This document shows positions 40,288 to 50,829 of a stretch of DNA of 64,000 nt, in pieces; position 1 is the stretch's first letter; each line of letters starts with the position of its first letter. The stretch is from Candidatus Atabeyarchaeum deiterrae (lineage in GTDB: Archaea; Asgardarchaeota; Atabeyarchaeia; Atabeyarchaeales; Atabeyarchaeaceae). The stretch spans positions 2,304,001-2,368,000 of the forward strand of contig CP147780.1 in NCBI GenBank assembly GCA_037310415.1, in the 5' to 3' direction. The position numbers and the translations under genes were made by a program. The notes under the pieces are model-generated. The model was not told the origin of the DNA, searched no databases, and saw only the letters and a list, made by a program, of their open reading frames with translations.

Positions 40288-40740
40288 ATGACCACACAAG
40301 TGAGAAGAATCGAGTTCAAGGTAAACTTGGCTTGGGATGGCAAAAGCGGCGGCGAGGTCACATTAGCCAGTGGCGCGACTCTACATGTCGACCAACCCAA
40401 AGAGTTCGGTGGAGAGGGAAAGCATCTTTGCCCTGATGATCTTTTCTTCTCAGCAATAGGTGGATGTCTCCTTACAACATTTCTCTACATGCATAGAAAA
40501 TCAAAGTTCAATCTCAAAGGCGTCCACATATCCGTGAACGGTGCGGTGGAGTCGCTTAGTCAAGAAGGCTACAGAGTGAAAGGCGCAAGAGTAAACATGA
40601 ATGTGGAGACTGACAAAGAAGGCGATGAGAAAGCTCGCAACTGCATTGAAATGACAAAGAGATTCTGCCACATAACTCGAAGCATAGAAAAATCAATCCC
40701 CATACAAATACTATCGACCGTAACAGTAAAAAGCGAATAG
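40288..40740 (+). CDS. OsmC/Ohr family protein
   Basis: DQPKEFGGEG..PDDLFFSAIGGCL..FCHITRSI (two conserved Cys). Confidence 0.88.
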   Translation: MTTQVRRIEFKVNLAWDGKSGGEVTLASGATLHVDQPKEFGGEGKHLCPDDLFFSAIGGCLLTTFLYMHRKSKFNLKGVHISVNGAVESLSQEGYRVKGARVNMNVETDKEGDEKARNCIEMTKRFCHITRSIEKSIPIQILSTVTVKSE

Positions 40741-40782
40741 CAAATGGAAAAAGGGCTCAACAACGACGACACGTAGATTTCT

Positions 40783-41397
40783 CTACATGTCCCAGCCGCT
40801 CGTAATGTTCACCCGGTAGAATTGGTCTACGAAGACGGTCTTCGCGGACTCCGTAAAATAGTAGTAGGGACAGACATGTGTGTCATATGAGATGACGCTG
40901 AAGTGAATATGGGCATGCTCTCCGTGACACAGCAGATAGCCTAGAGTTTGATTAACTGCAACGTATTGCCCCACATGAACTAAGATCTGATTGGCTTGTA
41001 GTGCACCATATGTACTATTGAGTGCCCAAGATTCGAAGGGAATACTGATACGCCATTGAGCATTGAGGCGTAGCTCAACATTTGTCTGCCAGTGTCCTCC
41101 CCTTTCATTGTACCAGTTTGACTTTATGTCGAAAACATAGGCGTTGCATGGAGCGACAATAACCGTGGTATCATTTACTCCGAAATCAAAGCCATTATGG
41201 TAATAATCCAAGTGAATTTGTCCAAATCCTTGGATGAAATCATTATGAGAGAAATCATACAAAGGAAGTATCAATAGAGGATTCTGGCCAGAAGGCACCG
41301 TGTCAGGGTATCTGAAATAAACGAACCATACAGAAAAGCTTGCGATACAGAGAAACATGATAGTCACCGCTGCGACGGCCTTGGTTTTGCGAGACAA
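40783..41397 (-). CDS. Secreted/membrane-anchored M23-like metallopeptidase
   Basis: N-terminal TM, HNGFD (HxxxD), VAPC, GQYV..Q.LG, HIHF (HxH). Confidence 0.7.
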   Translation of the reverse strand: MSRKTKAVAAVTIMFLCIASFSVWFVYFRYPDTVPSGQNPLLILPLYDFSHNDFIQGFGQIHLDYYHNGFDFGVNDTTVIVAPCNAYVFDIKSNWYNERGGHWQTNVELRLNAQWRISIPFESWALNSTYGALQANQILVHVGQYVAVNQTLGYLLCHGEHAHIHFSVISYDTHVCPYYYFTESAKTVFVDQFYRVNITSGWDM

Positions 41398-42135
41398 GAT
41401 GAACCCCTACTTCCCATGTCAAAGGAGTGCTTATCCTGCATTAAGTCTTGTGGTATCAGATGATAGTTTCTATCTTTACAAATCATTCTGCAACTCTGCC
41501 GAGGAACTCCCTCGTTTTTGGAAGTTAGATTTTTGATTGTCGCCCTTCTTACGAAGATACTCAAGAGAATCGTGGGGTAGATGTGGCTTTCTATCAAATC
41601 GCGGATCGATTGTGAAGAGAAAAGAGAAAGATAGCTGGGCAGAAAGGCGAGGGCTGACGAGTATGAAGAATGCCAGAACCAGACACTCACCAAACTCGAA
41701 TTCATCCAAGCGGAACCCGCGCCAAAATCTGGAGCTAGGTTGTGGGAAGCGGGTTCCGCCGACTGCGATCCTCACAAGATAGTGCGATGATCGCAATAGG
41801 TTTCTAGTCAAAGGACGTAAGGTTAATACAGAGAATTTCCTCCATGAATAGTCTCTAGGCGCGGAAATCGGGTATCTGAGAGTACTGGCTATCCTCTTAG
41901 TGGGGAGAATTCAATGGGACCAAAGGCGTCATCAAGACCTAGAGTTCATTCCTTTTTCTCTTTGCTCTTCTTGTCTAAAGTAGGAAAATTCCTCTTATCA
42001 TCTAGCGGCATCTTCATGACAGAATCAAACTGCAAAGCCAACCGCGTAATTCACAAACTGGAAGCCGGCTTTGCACGATCACGAGGAATGCCAGAATTGC
42101 TTCAGACTTAGGATTGAGGGGGAAATAAGTCGACA

Positions 42136-45100
42136 ATGCGGTCTACCCTTCGGTGGTCAAGATTGGATGGTAAACACAAGACTGGAAGGAAATTGAAGGG
42201 GAACAGGAACTTCATTTTGTTGACCGCCGTATTGATGATCTCATTCATGATAGGACCGAGCATGTTTGTAAATTTCGCCGCAGCAAGCTCGACAACTTAC
42301 ACTGGAAGTGGCAACAATCGCTCAATTCTAGAGCGCGCGAATAATCTATGGTCAAGCTCAGTCAATGGAAACAACACTCTTTTCAACGCAACTCTGCCAG
42401 GCAGCAGCTGGACCGGCTATCAGTTGGGTACAACCTTCACGAACATCGCAAGAAACGCCGACTACGTCGCGAACGGACAATTCACCGGACCTGGTCCGAG
42501 TTCACCGAGTCCGTGGTCCTACTCAGAAAGCGGTGACACAAGTTACCTTGACGGCGCTTTCGCCACATCACCTCCAACAGGAACCACAACTGGCAGCGAC
42601 TACATCACACTGACGGGGAAAACTGTAGTCGTAACCCCAATAACCAACATGAATTTCACCTCTTCAGGTAGTCCCTGGGTGGCCAAGACTGTACCATCAT
42701 CTACAAGTTATGGAACGTACACGAACGCGTGGAACAGCAATGAGTGGAACCAAAAAGGTGCCTACAATAGATTAGCATCTGGCAACCCAGCTACTGTATA
42801 TGCAGATATGTACTGCGACCAGAATTTTACTGTTAGCGGAGCAACGTTTCCACTGATTCTTGCAACGCTGACCTACAAGACCTGGGTTGACATCTATCAG
42901 GTTGCCACTAGTGCCACACTTCGTATACGAGTAATCTTCAGTTACTTCCCCACACCCAGCACATCAACTGATACTACGATACTCGATTGGACACCCCTAG
43001 GCACAAACTCGAAACCCACCAGTAACAGTCTTTATGATTTGACCAGCAGAATAGCTTCGAATGGAAACTACAGAGTTAGACTCTGGACTTACGTTTCCAT
43101 GACTATCAACACCGTGGGAGCCAGCTCTACTTTGAGTTCACGTTTTGATGACGTAGGCATCTACATGAGAAATACAAAATTCTCATCACCAAGCCAAGCG
43201 ACATGGGGGCAAACATTCAACTTTGGCCAGTACGCAACAACCGACGGAAGACTGACCTTCAAGTACTACACGGATCTCACGACACTTGCTCCACCCACTG
43301 ACTCTTATCTCTCAGCTTGGGTTGGATCAAACCGCTACGATATCGCAGCCTTTTCATCAATTGCGACAGGAGGCTGGCGAACTGCTACTACTATCATTCC
43401 GTATTCCGTGTTCAACGGGTCAGCAACAATATCAATCAAAGTCGGTGTCTATATTGGTTCGAATCTCCAGATACAGACTGCGACCAATCCGCGATTCTAT
43501 TTTGACAACGTCACCTTCTTCATCAAATACAAGCCGACCCCTGCATCCATCAAACTCGGCATATATGACGATGCCAATCATCAGAGGTGGAACGATACAG
43601 AAACAACGTATGGTTCGGGAACTCTGACGATCAAGCCCTATGCGCCTCGTTCTGCACCTTGGGGCGGGGAATTTGCGACATTTTATTTTGTAACCAACGG
43701 TACCAATGGAAAACTTGGTTACAATCTCACGACCTTAACTTACAGCTATACTTCAACCATGTATGTCAATAGGCAAACTGAGACTGATGTCTCAACTTTC
43801 ACAGTCCATGACGACACAAGAACAAGTTGGTACTGCAACTATTCTACCCCGACTGATATTGGTGGATACCAGAACTACAACGTCACAGTCTACGTGCCTA
43901 CAGACTGGATATGGAGCGGTTTAGTGACCCAGATCAGGTTTGCTGCTACTGTGGTGACGAACTACGCCACAGCATCAAACGCGTCAATTGCTTGGATCAA
44001 CATACCTGCAACCGTGTTTGCTCCAAATCCACCAAAGTACCCACTTGAAATATGGACCTACTCGCCTAATTACTCAGGCCCATCAAGCTTAAGAACACTG
44101 ATTTTCACGCAATGTAACACAACGAATCTCCCGACTCTCGCGCCATGGGTAAATGAGACTTCCTTCATCCCAAAGAACGTCACTCGACTTGTGGGTTACA
44201 TAATGGATTTGAATGGTGGCGTTCCCCTTGATGTCAATTCATCTTCAGCGAGCATTCGACTCTACAACGAGTCCGGAGGCTTCTATACAAGCTTCAGTAG
44301 AAGCGTTAATCCTTATTCGAACGGAACATTCTTTGTGCAACTTGATCCTTGGAGTGATAGCAACGTCACTTGGCATGATGTGGGCGGCGAACATGCAACT
44401 TATTGGCGTTTCACCGTAAACTGGACCAATGGCTATGAATGCGCAAACGGAATGGCTAGATTCACCACTGACAACGCAACCTCTCATTTCACACCTACCA
44501 CGCTCACCTCACCCAACCAACCTTACACCGCGACGTATCTCAGAGGATTCACCTTAGTGGCTCTATATTGGAACGCCAGAAATGGCAGCGGCATTCAAGG
44601 CGCGACGCTGACTTGGAACTGGAATGCTAGTGGCACACCCCAACCCTTGGTCGAAACGGTACGAGGCAACTACATTGCAACCATTAACGGATCGGAAGCA
44701 TACAACAACCACTTTGCACCAGAAGGGACTTGGATTCAAGTTAATGCTACTCTCAGTGGCTATGTTGCGCGGAGCATCATGGTTCGAGTCTTTGTTAGGG
44801 ACGAAGCGACGACGGGAAGTTCTTCTAGCTTCGTAGTTCCATACCAGACCTACGGTTGGAATACCACGATACCGGCATCATTGTTATTCCAAGACGCTGA
44901 TAACAGTTCGAGTGGAATACCCGGCGCCAAGCTCTATGTCAACGGCACATGGGGCAACGCGACCGTGCTAGGTTCCTCAGGGATCGGATGGTGGTACAAA
45001 GACTCTGGAAATGGGAACTATCAGATAACTTTCCTTGCGAATGCATCTTCGACAGGACTAAGCGCATGGGCATTCACCATCAAGGTAAACAAGACATACT

Positions 45101-46950
45101 ACGCGGCAGCGACATTTGGCCTGAACGGCTTCAACATCCGGGACAGATTCACAGCACATAGCGAGCCATCGCTATCAGTCACTACGCCTTGGGCTGACAA
45201 CGCCACGTTCCTAGTGACTTTCCGAGACACAGATGCAGGCGGAGCGCCTATTTTCGATGCAAGCGCAACCTCCAATTGGACGATCAACACAGGGTGTCCA
45301 TACGCTGTTGCCACTCTCGGCAATGGGACTTACAGATTCTCTTTGAGCGTGACTGGCCTTGCACCGCAGACTATTTCCTTTAGTTTTAGTTTCTCGAAAC
45401 CTCACTGGACTTCCATCACTTTCAGCGCTTGGGTCATTGTTAGAAATATCACAACAACTTTGAATTCAGCCCCTGCTGTCATCGCGGTGTCGTGGGGAGA
45501 CAATGCAACAGCGACCGTTATTTACAGAGATGTTGACCATAACAGTAACATTTCGTCAGTGAACTGGGATCTCGTGCGGGTTTACGACGAGCACACGGGA
45601 ACTGACTACACTGGCAACTTGACATACAACATATACTGGAACTCGACCGCTAATCATTGGGTCATCCGGATTAATGGTTCTCTGCCTCTGGGCAGCTACA
45701 CACTCTGGATGCATGCATTGCCCCAAAGCGGCTATTATGATCCGCAGTTGATCTTCACAACTTTGAATGTCAATGAGATAACAACATCCTACACTGTGCG
45801 GGGCTTTCCGACACCGCCCTTTGCTATCGTGGTGTATTGGAGCGATCTGGGTCAAGTCATTATCAACTACACTGATGTTATTCATGGAGCCGGCGGGACG
45901 CCAATATCAGGAGCAACCATCAACGTAGTGGGCAACACATCAATCCCGATTCAGTGGTTCGACAATAGCACAGGCGTATACACAGTGTTTTTCAACTCCA
46001 CTGGATCTACTTATAATGAACCTTTTCACGCCTACGGATTTACCGTCTTCATTGAGAAGCTCCACTACGGTACTGCAACAATCCAAGTCACCTTGGTAGT
46101 TGCTTCGATCTCTGCGAGAATTGAGGTAGCACCTCCGGCACCAGTGGCGAAGGGACACTCAGCCGAGTACACGGTACGATTTTTGGACACGACTCACACT
46201 CCGGAGAGACCTATCGTCAACGCTACCATAACGCTGGATGGAGTGGATCCCTCTCATTACACTGTTACAGAGGTCGGGGATGGTTACTACAGAATAACTC
46301 TGAACACTGATTGGATATCAGAGGGTCAGTCCGTTCCCTTCCTCATAAACGCCTCTAGATCGCATTACTCTACGGCGACTGCACCCGTCACTTTCAGATT
46401 CGAAAGCGGAATCACTACGCTGATGGTCATCATGGTTGGTGGAGCAAGTAGTGGTGCCGTCATAGTTGCTGTCCTTGGGTTTATTCTGTACCGAAGATCG
46501 AAGATACCGTTCGTAATCAAGAAGATAGATCAAAGTATCAAGCTGATCAACAAAGGTGTCCAAGCTAAACTAATCCCAGAACTAAGAACCAGAGACGATA
46601 CGCCTCTAGCACTGCTAATGACCGAACTCGGATTAGTCGGAATGGCACCGAAAGAAGAAAAACCAACAAAAGGGAAAGCTGAGCCAGTGGCAGCGGTGAC
46701 AGAAGCGGAAGAAGTTGAAGCAGCTCAACCTGAAGTGACAGCTGAGGAACCAGTGAAGCCAGTTGAGGAAGAATTGGAGGAAGAAGAACGAGATGAATCA
46801 GTAGAAGAACTGATGGCACAGCTCAGGCAAGTCGAAACGACTGAACTTCATCCAGCTGAAGAAAGCAAAGCGGAGCAAAAGGAACCAGTGAAGGAAGAAA
46901 AACCTTCCAGAGAAGGAGAGGCAAACGATGACAGTGAAGGGGGTAATTGA
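42136..46950 (+). CDS. Large single-pass surface glycoprotein with tandem Ig-like beta domains and an acidic cytoplasmic tail
   Basis: Signal-like hydrophobic N-terminus; T/S/N-rich with many NxS/T sequons; repeated (F/Y)xD..PIxGATxx..GxY module; TM near aa 1430-1455; E-rich tail. Confidence 0.85.
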   Translation: MRSTLRWSRLDGKHKTGRKLKGNRNFILLTAVLMISFMIGPSMFVNFAAASSTTYTGSGNNRSILERANNLWSSSVNGNNTLFNATLPGSSWTGYQLGTTFTNIARNADYVANGQFTGPGPSSPSPWSYSESGDTSYLDGAFATSPPTGTTTGSDYITLTGKTVVVTPITNMNFTSSGSPWVAKTVPSSTSYGTYTNAWNSNEWNQKGAYNRLASGNPATVYADMYCDQNFTVSGATFPLILATLTYKTWVDIYQVATSATLRIRVIFSYFPTPSTSTDTTILDWTPLGTNSKPTSNSLYDLTSRIASNGNYRVRLWTYVSMTINTVGASSTLSSRFDDVGIYMRNTKFSSPSQATWGQTFNFGQYATTDGRLTFKYYTDLTTLAPPTDSYLSAWVGSNRYDIAAFSSIATGGWRTATTIIPYSVFNGSATISIKVGVYIGSNLQIQTATNPRFYFDNVTFFIKYKPTPASIKLGIYDDANHQRWNDTETTYGSGTLTIKPYAPRSAPWGGEFATFYFVTNGTNGKLGYNLTTLTYSYTSTMYVNRQTETDVSTFTVHDDTRTSWYCNYSTPTDIGGYQNYNVTVYVPTDWIWSGLVTQIRFAATVVTNYATASNASIAWINIPATVFAPNPPKYPLEIWTYSPNYSGPSSLRTLIFTQCNTTNLPTLAPWVNETSFIPKNVTRLVGYIMDLNGGVPLDVNSSSASIRLYNESGGFYTSFSRSVNPYSNGTFFVQLDPWSDSNVTWHDVGGEHATYWRFTVNWTNGYECANGMARFTTDNATSHFTPTTLTSPNQPYTATYLRGFTLVALYWNARNGSGIQGATLTWNWNASGTPQPLVETVRGNYIATINGSEAYNNHFAPEGTWIQVNATLSGYVARSIMVRVFVRDEATTGSSSSFVVPYQTYGWNTTIPASLLFQDADNSSSGIPGAKLYVNGTWGNATVLGSSGIGWWYKDSGNGNYQITFLANASSTGLSAWAFTIKVNKTYYAAATFGLNGFNIRDRFTAHSEPSLSVTTPWADNATFLVTFRDTDAGGAPIFDASATSNWTINTGCPYAVATLGNGTYRFSLSVTGLAPQTISFSFSFSKPHWTSITFSAWVIVRNITTTLNSAPAVIAVSWGDNATATVIYRDVDHNSNISSVNWDLVRVYDEHTGTDYTGNLTYNIYWNSTANHWVIRINGSLPLGSYTLWMHALPQSGYYDPQLIFTTLNVNEITTSYTVRGFPTPPFAIVVYWSDLGQVIINYTDVIHGAGGTPISGATINVVGNTSIPIQWFDNSTGVYTVFFNSTGSTYNEPFHAYGFTVFIEKLHYGTATIQVTLVVASISARIEVAPPAPVAKGHSAEYTVRFLDTTHTPERPIVNATITLDGVDPSHYTVTEVGDGYYRITLNTDWISEGQSVPFLINASRSHYSTATAPVTFRFESGITTLMVIMVGGASSGAVIVAVLGFILYRRSKIPFVIKKIDQSIKLINKGVQAKLIPELRTRDDTPLALLMTELGLVGMAPKEEKPTKGKAEPVAAVTEAEEVEAAQPEVTAEEPVKPVEEELEEEERDESVEELMAQLRQVETTELHPAEESKAEQKEPVKEEKPSREGEANDDSEGGN

Positions 46951-48071
46951 TAGCAATGCCAAAGGCTCTTGTTGTCGTCAGATGGGACGACAGAATCGGA
47001 ACAGTCATCGAAGCATCCTACCCCAAAGGCATACCGGAATTGACTCCTGACTTAACGATGAAAATCTATGGAACTCACACGCTCGGCAAGGATCTTCCCA
47101 CCCCTGACTTTCTCGTTGCCAAGATGGAGAACTTGAACATAGCCAGCTTCTATGGCGGGTTGGCAATTCAACATTTTGTGCTACTTTTACTTGAGCAGGA
47201 TGAGAAAAGTGAGTTATACGAAGATCCACTGATAGAAGTCTCTTTCAAGATCTTTGAGAATCTTGAAGGAAAGAAGTATAGGGAAACATTAGAGGAATTA
47301 TTCGGGCACCTTGAGCGATACGCATCAATGACAGAGGAACAAAGGCTTGCGCTGTTCCTTTCTGATCCGAATAGGTTCGCAGTACTAGATCGCTTAGTTG
47401 TCGACGGAGCAGTCACCAAGGGCGAGTTAGCGGAGTACGTCAAGAAGAAGACGGGACGCTCACTTGAGATCGACGTCTCACTGGCCCAACTCGTGAAGTT
47501 TGGCCTCGTCCAAACCGAGTGGGTTGAAGGTCTGTCAAGTGAATGCGCGTTTCTCACGAGGGACGTGTTCCCCATGAGGATGCCTGCAAGGGCCATTGTC
47601 GAGAAAGCAAGGAAAGGGCTAGTGCCGAAAGAAGTGGCGGCAGAGTACCTCTCAGAAGTTCAGAGCTTTTTCAGAGATTATGCTGGTCGCTTACGAGGAA
47701 GCCTTGAGTGGCTGAACCAAGAGGCTCCTCTAATTCTGTGGGCGGTTCAGGACGTGAATGTGAGTGACATGGTTCGTGTTTTGCATAATGAAGTCGTGAA
47801 AGTCGACGAATTGCGGGAGCAAGTCAAAATACCCGAGAAGGCATTTGACAAATCACTATCTGAGCTCGTCAACGCCGAATTCGTTGCAGTCATCAAAGAT
47901 AGCAAAGGTGGGGAATACGCTTTGCTCAAGTCGGACCCGCGAATAATCTCGGCATATCCAGATCACATCGTGAATACTGCCATTGACCTTTACAATAAGG
48001 GGCTTGTGCAGCCAGCTCAGATCACACGTTACTTCACTGTTCTGAAGGAAAGCTATCCTAAGGGGGGTTAG
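46947..48071 (+). CDS. uDENN/longin-like N-terminal domain plus winged-helix-like domains
   Basis: ALVVVRWDDRIGTVIEASYP resembles the uDENN start (F/W-D-x-x-x-G-P/T..YP); later LAQLVKFGLV and LSELVNAEFV resemble wHTH ends. Confidence 0.6.
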   Translation: MIAMPKALVVVRWDDRIGTVIEASYPKGIPELTPDLTMKIYGTHTLGKDLPTPDFLVAKMENLNIASFYGGLAIQHFVLLLLEQDEKSELYEDPLIEVSFKIFENLEGKKYRETLEELFGHLERYASMTEEQRLALFLSDPNRFAVLDRLVVDGAVTKGELAEYVKKKTGRSLEIDVSLAQLVKFGLVQTEWVEGLSSECAFLTRDVFPMRMPARAIVEKARKGLVPKEVAAEYLSEVQSFFRDYAGRLRGSLEWLNQEAPLILWAVQDVNVSDMVRVLHNEVVKVDELREQVKIPEKAFDKSLSELVNAEFVAVIKDSKGGEYALLKSDPRIISAYPDHIVNTAIDLYNKGLVQPAQITRYFTVLKESYPKGG

Positions 48072-48078
48072 GAACAGG

Positions 48079-48966
48079 GTGATACGGGGATTCTTCGTCT
48101 TCAGAGACAACGGGGAAAAGCTGTTCGACAAGGTTTACGTTCCAGTCAAGGATCTCGACTTGGAAAGCGCCGTCAAGTTGGTAGTATCGACTGCGGCGAA
48201 GGTCAAAGCTGGAGCAATGGAAACAACTGAACTCTACCGTTACAGGTTCTTCTATACCTGTAGTGAAGGATGCGTCTTCGTAATTCTGACAGATAGGACG
48301 AACATTACAGAAGAGATCAATGAGCGCCTGTTCGCTTTAGCCGCTGACTTCTTCAAGAAATTCAAGGATACTCTGCCAACCTTGAAGGCAGATAACGGAT
48401 CGTTCAGCGAGTTCTCCAGTAGCGTCGACGATACTGTGGCGAGCCTACCACTGAAGATAAGCTTAATCGGATTCGGAGGAGTCGGCAAAACTACTCTTCA
48501 GAGACTCGTAACAGTGGGAGAGCCACCTCAGGACTATAATCCAACTTTCTGGGGGGACCGCGTGATCCTTCGCGGAAACATATTTGACAACTTCACTGTC
48601 GCACTTTTCGACTTGGGTGGACAGGATCGCTTCATCGGCTCGTGGCCACAACTAATTGCAAGATCCGAGGTGTCAATCGTAATCACAGATTCGTCCTCGG
48701 AAGGTGTGCAAAGAACCAAGGATATCGTGTTGCCCATCCTTAAAGAGAGACTGCCCTACAGTAAGACTGTAGTAATCGCCAATAAGCAGGACCTGCCCAG
48801 TGCGCTCAAACCTGATGAAATTGAGAGAATATTGGGCTTCAAGACTTATGGGATGATCGGAAATGACCCTGAGTCGAGAAACACCTGGATTAGCATTCTC
48901 AGAGATGTTGTATTAGAGAGGGTCGATCTTGCACTTATGCAGGATGCGGGGAAGGTGGGAGCCTAG
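48079..48966 (+). CDS. Longin domain fused to an Arf-like small GTPase
   Basis: MIRGFFVFRDNGEKLFDKVY (sigma-adaptin/longin-like start); GFGGVGKT, YNPT, DLGGQDRF..W, ANKQDLP.A. Confidence 0.85.
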   Translation: MIRGFFVFRDNGEKLFDKVYVPVKDLDLESAVKLVVSTAAKVKAGAMETTELYRYRFFYTCSEGCVFVILTDRTNITEEINERLFALAADFFKKFKDTLPTLKADNGSFSEFSSSVDDTVASLPLKISLIGFGGVGKTTLQRLVTVGEPPQDYNPTFWGDRVILRGNIFDNFTVALFDLGGQDRFIGSWPQLIARSEVSIVITDSSSEGVQRTKDIVLPILKERLPYSKTVVIANKQDLPSALKPDEIERILGFKTYGMIGNDPESRNTWISILRDVVLERVDLALMQDAGKVGA

Positions 48967-48980
48967 GAGGACTGATTCTC

Positions 48981-49397
48981 GTGCCAAGAAAGATATTGAC
49001 ACATAAAAAGACAACAGCAAACAAGATGTTTGCGCCCAAAAAGGTGTCTTCACGTGGAGTCGTACTTGCTCCTGTAGGAGTACCAGGATTTGGTGTCGTT
49101 ACTCGGAAGCCTCCTGCCAAATTCCATCCTGAGCCTGTTGAAATGGGTAAAAGAGATTTAGCTAAATGGGAGAAACTGAAACTCGAATACGATCGATTGA
49201 AACAAGAGCGCAGCAAGATACGACTGAATATAGTGGAACTTGACGCCAGATTAGCGAGTGGTGCCATTTCTGAGAGGGACCGTGACAAGGAGTTTCGCAC
49301 CATGCTGGTTAGGGCGGGAGACATCTCAAGGCAGATATCTCAAATCGTTTGCACGATGAGCGAGATCGGCAAGGTCCCTGAGGACTACGCAAGATGA
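48981..49397 (+). CDS. Hypothetical basic/coiled-coil protein
   Basis: Operonic ORF; heptad-like helical C-terminal half. Confidence 0.65.
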   Translation: MPRKILTHKKTTANKMFAPKKVSSRGVVLAPVGVPGFGVVTRKPPAKFHPEPVEMGKRDLAKWEKLKLEYDRLKQERSKIRLNIVELDARLASGAISERDRDKEFRTMLVRAGDISRQISQIVCTMSEIGKVPEDYAR

Positions 49398-49427
49398 TTG
49401 TGCAATTATATCAGTGAGTGGATTCGA

Positions 49428-50117
49428 ATGTCTACACCAGCTCCCGACTCTGGTCAGCAGGCAACAAAGATCCGGTCAATCGAAGTGGCACTGAATTCAT
49501 TTCAATCCAGAGTTCAGGCATCTCTTTCTTCTCATGTTGAGACGTTGAAAAGCAAGATGGAGATCGTAGCATCAAAAGTCAATCCTAGCGTTTCAGAATT
49601 GAACAAGCCTCAATTGAGTGTGGGAGACCTTCGCAAGGTAGCTGAAGAGATAGATAGGATCGTACAGAAAGATCTCCTAGAGGATACCACAAAACTAATC
49701 AACGAGAAATTTGTCGAATTCAACGGATTAGTATCTAGGCTGAGAAACGCGTTGGTGGGTTCTGGCTACGTCCAACAATCAAACCAGGTCGCTCCGATCC
49801 GTGGAACCAGCGCTCCGTCCGATATGGGCAAGATGCTAGAAGAGAAAGACGGCGAGATTGCATCGCTCCGTGAGGAGATCAACCGTTTGTACAATCTTAC
49901 GGAGCGGGAGCCGCGATTTCAGGCGTTCTGGGTTCTCAGGGATGCCTACCCAAACTTCATTCAGATAACAAAGATTGCCCAGACCTTGAGTTCGACTCCC
50001 ATTAATGTGCACGAGAACCTCAAGGTCTTTGAGAGCATCGGCCTAGTTGAGGTTAAGGGAGGCGAGGCACGAGCTCTAAAACTCGTCAGACCCATGAAGC
50101 CCACGTCAAACAAATAG
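49428..50117 (+). CDS. Coiled-coil protein with C-terminal winged-helix domain
   Basis: LEEKDGEIASLREEINRL coiled coil; IQITKIAQTLSSTPINVHENLKVFESIGLVEV HTH plus wing. Confidence 0.65.
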   Translation: MSTPAPDSGQQATKIRSIEVALNSFQSRVQASLSSHVETLKSKMEIVASKVNPSVSELNKPQLSVGDLRKVAEEIDRIVQKDLLEDTTKLINEKFVEFNGLVSRLRNALVGSGYVQQSNQVAPIRGTSAPSDMGKMLEEKDGEIASLREEINRLYNLTEREPRFQAFWVLRDAYPNFIQITKIAQTLSSTPINVHENLKVFESIGLVEVKGGEARALKLVRPMKPTSNK

Positions 50118-50178
50118 AGAGCTGCAGACGCGATTATCTCTTTGAATGTTTGGTTTTACTGACCAAGTCTGATTCGCA

Positions 50179-50730
50179 TCATTTCTTTTTGCCTTTCTTC
50201 GGTGTAGGCACACTGTCTGCGATTAGCAATTGAACCATTTTCTCAAATGCCTTTTCTATGTTTTCGCCCGTCCTTGCTGAGGTTCCTATAAAGTCTGCCT
50301 TCATGGCGTTGGCGACCTTTTGACCAATGGTCCAGTCAACTTTTCTTGGCAGGTCGATCTTGTTCTCAACCAAGACTACCTCGACTTTCTCTTGTATGAA
50401 TTTATGCAAGTCTTCGAACCAAGTTGGGATGTTTTCAAGGGTTTCGGGTTTTGTGACATCATATACTATGAAAGCAGCTTTCGCACCCGAATAGTATTTT
50501 TCTCTCACTTGTTTGAAGATCTCTTGTCCTGCGATGTCCCAAATCATGAGTGTGACAGAATGCCCAGCCATGTCGTAGTCTTTTGAAGAGATATTTACGC
50601 CCAAAGTGGGAATGTAATTCTCCTTGAAAGATCTACTGATATGCTTAGCTACTATGCTCGTCTTGCCTACCGACGGATCCCCTATGAAGACCACTTTGAA
50701 CACGTGTCTTGGCCTGAGCATACGAATCAC
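50179..50730 (-). CDS. Rab-like small GTPase with polybasic tail
   Basis: GDPSVGKT, PTLGV, IWDIAGQE.F, YYSGA, NKID, TSAR; ends PKKGKKK. Confidence 0.93.
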   Translation of the reverse strand: MIRMLRPRHVFKVVFIGDPSVGKTSIVAKHISRSFKENYIPTLGVNISSKDYDMAGHSVTLMIWDIAGQEIFKQVREKYYSGAKAAFIVYDVTKPETLENIPTWFEDLHKFIQEKVEVVLVENKIDLPRKVDWTIGQKVANAMKADFIGTSARTGENIEKAFEKMVQLLIADSVPTPKKGKKK

Positions 50731-50829
50731 CCTCCAGATAAGTCAATTTATATAGTCGCGCTATCGAATAAACCTTTTGACAGACTGATAAATATCTTTC
50801 GACGCAATGCGCACTTCGTGGTGGTCTTT

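Noticed and set aside
41495-41660. RNase P RNA-like GAGGAACTCCCTCG ... CGAGGGCTGA
   Set aside because: The P4 pairing is incomplete and the span is too short.
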